A model generated the notes under the pieces. It saw only the letters and a list, made by a program, of their open reading frames with translations. It was not told the origin of the DNA and made no database searches. Position numbers and translations under genes: made by a program. This document shows, one piece after another, positions 8,201 to 15,153 of a stretch of 16,825 nucleotides of DNA. Source of the DNA: Nitrosopumilales archaeon (GTDB lineage Archaea; Thermoproteota; Nitrososphaeria; Nitrososphaerales; Nitrososphaeraceae); the NCBI GenBank assembly GCA_044507735.1, contig JBIQJB010000038.1, positions 1-16,825 on the forward strand, written 5' to 3'. The number at the start of each line of letters is the position of its first letter. Positions within the stretch are counted from its first letter, which is position 1.

Positions 8201-9908
8201 CAAGGATGCCTGGCACTACGAGGAGTGACGAAAACACCGACAGTATGTCGTATCCTGGCCCATACTTGAGGAGTGGGAAGGTTGCCACGCTCCAGCTGTT
8301 GCTTACAATGTCTGCCTTGTGTTCTCCGGTGTAGATCCAAGTGCCGTTCACGAGGTCAAAGCCGGATACATGCAGCCACGCATAGATCGTGTCTCCCGTC
8401 CATAGCGCCTTGACAGGGATTATCTTTGCACCAGGCGCAATGCCTGCAAGCGAATATTTTGTTCCGTTGCCATAGACATTGTACTTTTGCTCTCCCTTTG
8501 ACGCCACGATGGCAGCAGTGCTAGTTCCGTGACCTGCGAGATCGTACATCACGCCGAAATAGTTGCCTGCAGGATCCAGCGGTTCTAACAGGTCTGCCAC
8601 CGCCACACCGACATAGTCTATCTCGTCTTCGCCTGTCGACTTGGTCTTGTTGGTTAAAACTTGCCACAGATCCACCACTCTTGCGCCGACAGTCCCTGCA
8701 CTAAAGTCAGGAAAGCCATCATTGTTGTAATCAAAACTCAGGATTTCGTTACCCTCTCCAAGTCTTATCGGAGTATCGTCCGTAAAGTCATACGCTGGCT
8801 CTCCGAAAAGGTGCTCGATATCCTCCGGGTCGTCTGCCAGACGGGCAAGCTCGTTCTGAACGTAAAAGTACCAGCCAGAATACATGTCGGGGATTATCGT
8901 ATCATACACGCCGGGCTCCTCGCTGTCCACCACCAAAACGGGCACTAGGCCAAACGTAATGGTGCCAAACTGCTGCTGCGCCTGATATATTACGCCAAAG
9001 TGGTACACTCCGCTTGCGGAGTGGATGTAATCGCTTGGACTGTTTCCAATTATCCAGTCGACAGTTGCAGTTGCGTTAAGTTCTGGCGATCCCAAGAGTG
9101 GATAGAGTGAGTTGTACGTCGGAATGTTGCCAAATGATGTTCTGAGCAGGACTTTGCCTTCCTCATTGACGTAGACCCATGAGGTGTAGTTCTCAGGCGG
9201 ATTTTCAGCAGTGTAGCTGCCATTTATCACCCTCCCGCTGCCATCCATTGTCGCAATGTATGTCGCCTTTGTGAACACAATGCCCTGGCCATCAGCATCA
9301 AGCATTATTGGGATGCCGTTTTCGTCTCTTGCAAGTGAGTGTATCATGTCAGGGTTTGAAAAGTCTGTACCACTGTCCACGATCGCAACCGTCACGCCTT
9401 CGCCGGTGATGCCGTATTCTTCGGCAACCTTGTCCGACTTTAATATCGATGAGCCGGAGAGCCTACCGGGGTTGCTAGCTTCGTCTGACGCAAAATCGAA
9501 CTGAAGAGGCGAGTCTGGTATATACGAGAATCCAGATTCCGGAAGTAGAGGAGACTTGGATAGCGCCACTCCAAGCATCTGCTGGCCATTTTCTGTAGAT
9601 CCGAAGCTGACTACTTGCACGTTATTGCCGAGAGCCGCGGAATTGCCCGCGCCGTATATTAGCGTCCTCCCTATGTTGCCATTGTATTCCATTTTGCCTA
9701 GGTTGATCGCACCAAAATCAGTTCTAATCACGTTAGTCGTCGAGCCAGCGCCCGACACGTCATCATTATGGGCCGTTTGGGGATATTGCAACCCCAAAGT
9801 GGTGAGGGGGCCGGATTCTCTGACCCCCAGCGAGTATGCAGGTGCTACAAAGGTGGAAGAAGCTATTATTATAAGTGCAAGTCCAATGGAAAACGCGTTG
9901 CGAAGCAT
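5247..9908 (-). CDS. Large secreted, membrane-anchored S8 (subtilisin/pyrolysin-like) serine protease
   Basis: N-terminal signal peptide; triad AIVDSG / GHGTS / GTSMAAP; FSSRGP...KPEL; QGSGRVDA; C-terminal beta-rich repeats ending D(N/T)xxP; terminal TM helix followed by KR. Confidence 0.92.
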   Translation of the reverse strand: MLRNAFSIGLALIIIASSTFVAPAYSLGVRESGPLTTLGLQYPQTAHNDDVSGAGSTTNVIRTDFGAINLGKMEYNGNIGRTLIYGAGNSAALGNNVQVVSFGSTENGQQMLGVALSKSPLLPESGFSYIPDSPLQFDFASDEASNPGRLSGSSILKSDKVAEEYGITGEGVTVAIVDSGTDFSNPDMIHSLARDENGIPIMLDADGQGIVFTKATYIATMDGSGRVINGSYTAENPPENYTSWVYVNEEGKVLLRTSFGNIPTYNSLYPLLGSPELNATATVDWIIGNSPSDYIHSASGVYHFGVIYQAQQQFGTITFGLVPVLVVDSEEPGVYDTIIPDMYSGWYFYVQNELARLADDPEDIEHLFGEPAYDFTDDTPIRLGEGNEILSFDYNNDGFPDFSAGTVGARVVDLWQVLTNKTKSTGEDEIDYVGVAVADLLEPLDPAGNYFGVMYDLAGHGTSTAAIVASKGEQKYNVYGNGTKYSLAGIAPGAKIIPVKALWTGDTIYAWLHVSGFDLVNGTWIYTGEHKADIVSNSWSVATFPLLKYGPGYDILSVFSSLLVVPGILADDYPGTIFVNSLGNYGSGYGSVGTPNASPLSISVGATTNNVHLGYDGLQNITRFGKATTYFDDVANFSSRGPGLFGDPKPELMAVGAYGFTPTIVHLRSLQTTHEDPKNESAFVLFGGTSMAAPMVAGAAALVIESLQEQGQEPDPFGVRTMLMSSAVDLKNDPFVQGSGRVDALAAIDLAEGESGLRIYTQDTVRNVLTTMSDAIDSYSDVLALIEGGSDIAQKLAVEFEESRWFAGQIAQGESESTEIVIENRSDRTMIVNVMAAIETLVDRYEIRNTTRPFETDPIYNTTEFGYRPNYFNLDDLGGIPEEADLMVVKVNFPFESFMNTTELYADNLRIASIYAYDWADADGDGKITYTETSMVNRGGSWGTLQELRVTDPAEKFANTPLIGIYPVPTIYSFWQGDRKINSTAMNYTLTIEFYDRQPNPAIMLDGEPDGGQVMLELGPKGKERIPATIYVGDEDLPGIYYGSILVKSEDSDRPTVMPVSYVVTSKPVPKDVPVVAVPAADVEEKDLGLRPNGYVGGTFDMTSGYSAGDWRSYYFSVMDDTITSMTLKISWPHNSTSISAMAFGPDGRMIATTVPSGVFETFSGWPSNDWLGTTPFSAGGAFYFSQNAGENATLLHVPVNRTGTYSILLHNTIFHGNSLYEPLQVEAKFATLIPDNAAPAIIIDVPRYLGEGKEHRIPVTIVEDNPSGLEYYIDGQSFSPTLAASGEFDILIDAGSLSEGQHILRIDSSDLVGHITTFQSVFEVDNTPPQIEAFVQDSNGNLHKIVGSKVGISKESTLIWNVTDKNGIIVSTSSQAGDPRIEPYLSSSVAISPGVVGEGAHLYSFEGADASGNHATREIEVIVDTTQPAPSMSFSNANPQDLKGLAKIVLHAGDPNIRSVFLQVGSRASLNVTGMSEYMLDTTELADGSYDLKLVATDIAGNESTLVLPIIVANSAPLITAAIIAGLAAGGGIASIAWLLFGKRGTGPANKS

Positions 9909-9962
9909 GTAATAAGCTATAGTTATAGAGGATTCCTCGTAGTTATTATTATTTCCATTGCC

Positions 9963-10002
9963 AAAAATCGGATACTGCCTGCAGCTCGTCCCAGCAGCAG
10001 GC
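9963..10002 (-). terminator. Hairpin plus T-tract downstream of rpl11
   Basis: On the minus strand GCCTGC-T-GCT-GGGACG-AGC-T-GCAGGC is followed 9 nt later by TTTTT. Confidence 0.5.
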
Positions 10003-10017
10003 GCCGGACAAAGTTCT

Positions 10018-10500
10018 TTACTTCAGAAGGTCGTCATACTTGCCAGCCTGAAGGTCTGCATAGACTTCTTTGGCTGGCTTGCCTTCGACCTTTACGCCCA
10101 TGCTGACGCAAGATCCAATGACTTCCTTGACAGCGCCCCTTACGTCAAAGGCATATGAGCCTTCGATCTTCATCTTGGCAATTTTCACAGCGTTCGCCAT
10201 TGATAGGTCTCCCGCGAAATTTGTCCCCGCTGAGCCAGAGCCCTTTTGAATGCCAGCTTCCTTGGCTACAAGCGCGGCGGTTGGAGGAATGCCCACCTCA
10301 ACTGTGAATTTCTTTGTCTCAGAATCCACTTCGACCTTGACTGGCACCTTCATGCCCGGAAAATCCTTTGTCTTTTCATTAATGGCATTTACAACCTGCA
10401 ATACGTTTACTCCCATCGGACCCAGCGCTGGACCCAGAGGCGGACCTGCATTGGCTTCCCCTCCGCTCACCAACGCGGAAATAGACTTCTTCTCTCCCAT
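10018..10500 (-). CDS. rpl11: 50S ribosomal protein L11
   Basis: GGEANAGPPLGPALGPMGVN...KVPVKV...VGIPPTAAL...GSCVSMGV. TTATAA lies about 30 nt upstream. Confidence 0.97.
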   Translation of the reverse strand: MGEKKSISALVSGGEANAGPPLGPALGPMGVNVLQVVNAINEKTKDFPGMKVPVKVEVDSETKKFTVEVGIPPTAALVAKEAGIQKGSGSAGTNFAGDLSMANAVKIAKMKIEGSYAFDVRGAVKEVIGSCVSMGVKVEGKPAKEVYADLQAGKYDDLLK

Positions 10501-10755
10501 ATGATGGACAAGCAGAGGATTTAGCCAAATTATAATCCTTGCTCTTCTGATATTGTGTCGACCATGATGTGCTACTCAGATCCCTGTCTGATTACCTGGT
10601 TCCGGCCATAAATGGGCGTGTTTATCTGGATGGGCAATGTTGTACATCGCTGATGAACTGCAGGACATGATAGTGATTCATCCTCTCCGCCATTCAGCAC
10701 TCCCGGGGAGCTTTTCTGCCGAAATTATCTCTAGTCGCTCTCAATCATCCTTGTG

Positions 10756-10767
10756 CAGGTTTTTAAA
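10756..10767 (+). promoter_or_regulatory. TATA box (CAGG-TTTTTAAA) of the wHTH regulator
   Basis: Ends 24 nt before ATG 10792, a spacing consistent with a leaderless transcript. Confidence 0.6.
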
Positions 10768-10791
10768 CCCGGGGCGTGTGTAAGACTCGGG

Positions 10792-11610
10792 ATGTCACCC
10801 GCCGATCAGCAGCCCAACGAGGGCGTAGGTTCTCTATTTTTCGAGCTCGCCGGTGACCTGCGTCTCTCGATGTTAACAAAGCTGAGACAGAAAAACTATA
10901 GGCTGTCACAGCTTGCGTCGGAGCTTGACGCCACTATGCAAGAGGCCCACCGTAACATGACCCGCCTCATCGATGCCGGGCTTGTCGCGAAGGACCGAGA
11001 TGGTGAACTGATCCTGACTGCCTACGGCAGCACCATTGTCACAATCATCCCGAGTTATGACTTTCTCTATCGGAACAAAGAGTTCTTTGTTGACCACAGT
11101 CTGGGAGACCTGCCTCCAAAGTTCATCCAGAGGATGGGAGCTTTCCAGAACTGCGAAATGGTACGCGGGGTAATGGCCATCCTCCAGCGCTGGAAGAACC
11201 TTTATTCAGAATCTGAAAAATATATCAAGGAAATAATGGCCCAAGTGCCACTCGATCTTATAGAGACTGTCAGCAGCAGAGTTGAGAGCGGGGTGAAATT
11301 CTCGTACATATTTGCGAGCAACGCCGTGGTGCCAAAGGGTAGGACGCAGCTTTTGCAGAAAGTGGGCTGGCGCAATTTCATCAGTAAGGGTTTGGTAGAG
11401 CGCAGGATGTTACCAGAAGTGAAGGTGATGACGATATTCAACGAAAAACAGGGCTGCGTTCTGTTTCCCAATATGAAGGGCGAACCGGATCTTAATGTCA
11501 TGTTCTATGGCGAGGACAATGAATTCCTTGAATGGTGCTCCGATCTTTTCAACTATCAGTGGGAGAAGGCCGGTCAGTTTGACGAAACCAAGCTGAAACA
11601 CGAAGTATGA
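10792..11610 (+). CDS. ArsR-like winged-helix transcriptional regulator with C-terminal DUF1724-like domain
   Basis: LFFELAGDLRLSML...LSQLASELDATMQEAHRNMTRLIDAGLV...LTAYG wHTH; C-terminal WCSDLFNYQWEKA. ATG 10792 chosen from the TATA position. Confidence 0.8.
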   Translation: MSPADQQPNEGVGSLFFELAGDLRLSMLTKLRQKNYRLSQLASELDATMQEAHRNMTRLIDAGLVAKDRDGELILTAYGSTIVTIIPSYDFLYRNKEFFVDHSLGDLPPKFIQRMGAFQNCEMVRGVMAILQRWKNLYSESEKYIKEIMAQVPLDLIETVSSRVESGVKFSYIFASNAVVPKGRTQLLQKVGWRNFISKGLVERRMLPEVKVMTIFNEKQGCVLFPNMKGEPDLNVMFYGEDNEFLEWCSDLFNYQWEKAGQFDETKLKHEV

Positions 11611-11623
11611 CTGTGGGGTAGAT

Positions 11624-11635
11624 CAGGTTTTTATA
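11624..11635 (+). promoter_or_regulatory. TATA box (CAGG-TTTTTATA) of the Lrp/AsnC gene
   Basis: Ends 21 nt before ATG 11657. Confidence 0.6.
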
Positions 11636-11656
11636 CGCCAAATATGATTCAATCTT

Positions 11657-11887
11657 ATGCCAAAAGCATTTGTTCTCATGAACGCCGAACTTGGAAGTGA
11701 GGATTCTCTTGTTAACGACCTGAGGAAACTTGACAGCGTCAAGGAAGTTTATCAGGTTTACGGCGTATATGACATTGTCGCGCAGGTGGAGGCAGACACG
11801 ATGGAAAAAGTAAAGGAAACCATCACGTGGAAGCTCCGCAAGCTCAATGGCGTCAAGTCGACCCTGACAATGATCGTGATGGAATAG
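11657..11887 (+). CDS. Lrp/AsnC ligand-binding (RAM) domain-only protein
   Basis: AFVLMN...VKEVYQVYGVYDIVAQVEA...LRKLNGVKSTLTMIV; 76 aa with no HTH. Confidence 0.9.
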   Translation: MPKAFVLMNAELGSEDSLVNDLRKLDSVKEVYQVYGVYDIVAQVEADTMEKVKETITWKLRKLNGVKSTLTMIVME

Positions 11888-11902
11888 CAAGAGTAAGAAA
11901 GA

Positions 11903-13183
11903 TCAGACTGGCGCCTCTGCCTCTATTTTGCTAAAGTATTTGTTCACTAGTGCAAACGAGGCTCCGAGAAATCCTATTGCAATGACAAAGGTTATCCAGT
12001 ATCCAAATGTTGCAGCAAACTCGCCTGCGGCAAGCGACCCTATCAAAAGACCGGCTCCAATTATTGCGCTATTCATGCCAAGGATGCTCCCTGCCTTGCC
12101 GTTCGGGATAATCTTTAGCAGCGATGATATTGTGGTCGTGCTCCAGATGCTAAAAGCTATCTCTACTGTAACAAATACCGCGAGCGTCATCATTAGTATC
12201 GATTCCGGATTGTTTGCAAACAATAACGCGGCCGCCACGGCCGTAGCTAGTCCAAATATTCTTGGAATGTAGGCAAACCTGCCCATGTTCTCCTCGCCTC
12301 CCTTAGCAATCAGCTTATGATTGAACGGTAAGAAAATGACCTTGGAAACATGCAGAATGGTGTACGCAAGAAAAACATGCGAGTCTGTGACGCTATTATC
12401 TTTTAAAAATGGTGTGTAGGGTGTAAATAAGAGGTTGTTTGATAGAAAGTACAGACCAGTGCCTGCAAAAAACAGAAACTCCTTTCTCGATGTGTTAGCC
12501 CGCAACTTTGAGAGCGAAAGATCAGAAACCGGTCTTAGGAACATCACCGGTGACTGCTTTAGCCGATCGACGAGGGCTACACGCGACGTGGTTATGGCCT
12601 TGCGTTCAAGTGTTGCCGGCGGATCCTTGACAAACATCATTGTCAGTGCAACGGACGAGAATGCTATAACAGCACAAATTAGAGCATACGATTGCGCGTC
12701 ATGTTGCATGAGCCAAAAATAGCCGGCCAGCATCGCAATTACAAGGCCTGCCGAACTCATGAGTGACGTCCAGCTGAATGTTCTCAGCCAGTCCTCCTTT
12801 CTCGACTTCTCCATCACAAGGAGGTTTGTCACCGGTGCCGGCCCGATGGAAAAGAATCCCACCAGAGCGGAGAGTAGCATGAGGATAGGAATGCTCGAGA
12901 CAAAATACATCGATCCGCATGTTATTGTTATGGCTACAGAGCAGATGACAATTATTGTCCTCCGCCAGTGCATTGTATCAGTTAGCCTGCCCCAGAAAAC
13001 CGCTCCAAGTGTCATGGCCAAGTTTGAGAGAAAGAGGGCGATGGCGACTTCTCTTACCTGGCCTCCGAGCGCCAGCACGTATATTGGGATTATCGTTGAC
13101 AGTCCTGTCGAGCTCGCATTCATTGGGAGAAGGTACCACGACCACCTGCGGCTTGTCGATGCGGGTGGGGAAGAAACCTGCAA
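11903..13183 (-). CDS. Major facilitator superfamily transporter
   Basis: About 12 hydrophobic segments in two halves with a central hydrophilic loop; motif-A-like GAVFWGRLTDTMHWRR. Start codon uncertain. Confidence 0.88.
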   Translation of the reverse strand: MQVSSPPASTSRRWSWYLLPMNASSTGLSTIIPIYVLALGGQVREVAIALFLSNLAMTLGAVFWGRLTDTMHWRRTIIVICSVAITITCGSMYFVSSIPILMLLSALVGFFSIGPAPVTNLLVMEKSRKEDWLRTFSWTSLMSSAGLVIAMLAGYFWLMQHDAQSYALICAVIAFSSVALTMMFVKDPPATLERKAITTSRVALVDRLKQSPVMFLRPVSDLSLSKLRANTSRKEFLFFAGTGLYFLSNNLLFTPYTPFLKDNSVTDSHVFLAYTILHVSKVIFLPFNHKLIAKGGEENMGRFAYIPRIFGLATAVAAALLFANNPESILMMTLAVFVTVEIAFSIWSTTTISSLLKIIPNGKAGSILGMNSAIIGAGLLIGSLAAGEFAATFGYWITFVIAIGFLGASFALVNKYFSKIEAEAPV

Positions 13184-13827
13184 CTATTGATCTACTTCAA
13201 GAGTCTCCCGTTAGATTCTATTATAAAATAAGTCTGTAATAAATTTATGAAAGATTTCTATATTATAGACTTGATAGGGTTCTGTCAAATCTTCGTATGA
13301 CGCCTCAAATTCGGCGATGCATCGACTCTTTGGATTGCCGCTGGTTCTTTTGAAAGAATGGAGTCCGTCCTTCGCCTCCCACACCATCATCATCGCTTCA
13401 CCTGCATGCCCTGTGAACGCTGTCATCATTTGCTTCAATCAGGATTCATTGAATTTGCCATCTCCTATTGAAGAAATGGTATGAATTGAGAATATCTCCT
13501 GCTGCGCTTGCAGACCCTCGGAGCATGTGGCATGAGATATGATGTCATAATTCGACAATGGTGTGCAATTGCGTATTCTTGAGAGCCGCTTCAGTTTTGA
13601 ACTCTTGCTCCCAGTGCCAAATCCAATGCAGTCGTTAAACAACTGCCCGAATACTTCCGTCAATAGAAGCAATTGCCTTGCCCTGTGCTATTGCTCGCCG
13701 CTCTTTGCAGTCAACAATAACAAGTCGTCTGCATAGAAAAGTGTGTAATATCTCTCCCGTCAACCGAAGAGTTGTCATGGCCCTCGATCGCAACTTTAAT
13801 CAATCCCGTGATTCTTCAAAACCCCTG

Positions 13828-14010
13828 TTGCGCCTCTTTGGAAAAAAAGATGACAACAACAGGGACAGTGGCGAGCAGAAGAAAGTCTGGAAGTGCCAGT
13901 ACTGCAATATGACATTTGACGACAAGGAGAGGATGAAGCGCCATACAAGAAAAGCGCATAGTGAAAAGGGCGACGATATGCCCAACATGAACCCCTTCGG
14001 CTTCAAGTAA
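13828..14010 (+). CDS. Small C2H2 zinc-finger protein (about 60 aa)
   Basis: W-K-C-x2-C-x3-F-x5-M-x2-H-x4-H. TTG 13828 sits about 28 nt after CTTTAAT (13794-13800); ATG 13777 is an alternative start. Confidence 0.75.
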   Translation: MRLFGKKDDNNRDSGEQKKVWKCQYCNMTFDDKERMKRHTRKAHSEKGDDMPNMNPFGFK

Positions 14011-14056
14011 GACTTATTTCTTGTCAATACATCCTACAGTACGAGACTTTAGTCGC

Positions 14057-15082
14057 ATGTTCCCAATTCACGATGACACAGAACGCATGCATGGCAGGCC
14101 TTGGCTTACCTATGGCATGATTGGTGTAAATGTCATCGTGTTTATCTGGCAGGCGGTTACAACTGGCCTCTTTTCAAACCAACAGGCAACTGTAGAGATG
14201 TTCACAACCTATGGTGCCGTACCTGAAAAGATATTCAACGACTTTCCGTCAAGTGCGCCCACCATCATCACTTCGATGTTCATGCACGGCAGTATCGCAC
14301 ACATAATTGGTAATATGGTATTCTTGTTTGTATTCGGCGACAATATCGAGGATAGATATGGCAGGATAAAGTATCTCTTGATTTATCTCGGCTGGGGAGC
14401 AGCAGGGGCCCTTGCACACAGCGCGTATGCAGTGTCCACTGGAGATGGTAGCACCCCTGCAGTAGGAGCTTCGGGAGCAATATCTGGAGTACTTGGTGCC
14501 TATCTCGTAATGTATCCAAGAGCAAAGGTCCTCACTGCGATAGCGGTCTTTTTCATCTACTTTGTCAGGATCCCTGTGCTAATCTATATCCCGTTCTGGT
14601 TCGCCATGCAGGTGATCTTTACCGTGCTGGGGCTGCTCAGCCCTCTGGCCGATGATGGAGTGGCATATCTTGCACACATCGGCGGTTTCATAGCCGGCGC
14701 TGCAGCGGGTCTTGTGTGGAGAATGCTACCGGATTCAATAAAATACAAGCGGGGAATAGCTGCCGCTGCGGCCTCTTCGAGACCTATGTTCAGAAATCCC
14801 ATGATGAGAAAGGCGCGCCCTAGAATCGAGGATGTCGTTCAAACAGCACCTGAGGTCATTGAGGGTCCTGACTACTATGAGGTGATTGCAGAGGTAAGGG
14901 GGGTATCTGATGCGTCTGATATTAGTGCGAGTTATGATCCGGACAGCAGGCAGGTACGGATAGCAGCCAGAGGGTCGAGAAAGTATGAGATGTCTGTAAA
15001 GCTGCCTGATACTGCTGTCAACCCTGTGGTGAAGTACATCCAATATCTGAATGGAATAGCTCGCATAAGGCTCACAAAGTAA
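14057..15082 (+). CDS. Rhomboid intramembrane serine protease with C-terminal Hsp20-like domain
   Basis: MFPIHD start; SMFMHGSIAHIIGNM; FGDNIEDRYG; GASG (Ser); AYLAHIGG (His); followed by a soluble tail of about 78 aa resembling an alpha-crystallin domain. Confidence 0.9.
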   Translation: MFPIHDDTERMHGRPWLTYGMIGVNVIVFIWQAVTTGLFSNQQATVEMFTTYGAVPEKIFNDFPSSAPTIITSMFMHGSIAHIIGNMVFLFVFGDNIEDRYGRIKYLLIYLGWGAAGALAHSAYAVSTGDGSTPAVGASGAISGVLGAYLVMYPRAKVLTAIAVFFIYFVRIPVLIYIPFWFAMQVIFTVLGLLSPLADDGVAYLAHIGGFIAGAAAGLVWRMLPDSIKYKRGIAAAAASSRPMFRNPMMRKARPRIEDVVQTAPEVIEGPDYYEVIAEVRGVSDASDISASYDPDSRQVRIAARGSRKYEMSVKLPDTAVNPVVKYIQYLNGIARIRLTK

Positions 15083-15095
15083 AATTTGTAGCAAG

Positions 15096-15141
15096 TTTAA
15101 AATATCCCGCGAGAGCCCTGTATTTTTACAATTTTAGGAGG
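15096..15141 (+). promoter_or_regulatory. Thermosome promoter (TTTAAAA) and SD (AGGAGG)
   Basis: TATA at 15096-15102; AGGAGG at 15136-15141 precedes in-frame ATGs at 15145 and 15154. Confidence 0.6.
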
Positions 15142-15153
15142 AATATGAGAAAA

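Noticed and set aside
10753-10791. Longer N-termini from the ORF track (also starts 231, 1689, 13678 and 14021)
   Set aside because: The extensions overlap TATA, SD or leader sequence; downstream starts fit promoter spacing and family N-termini better.
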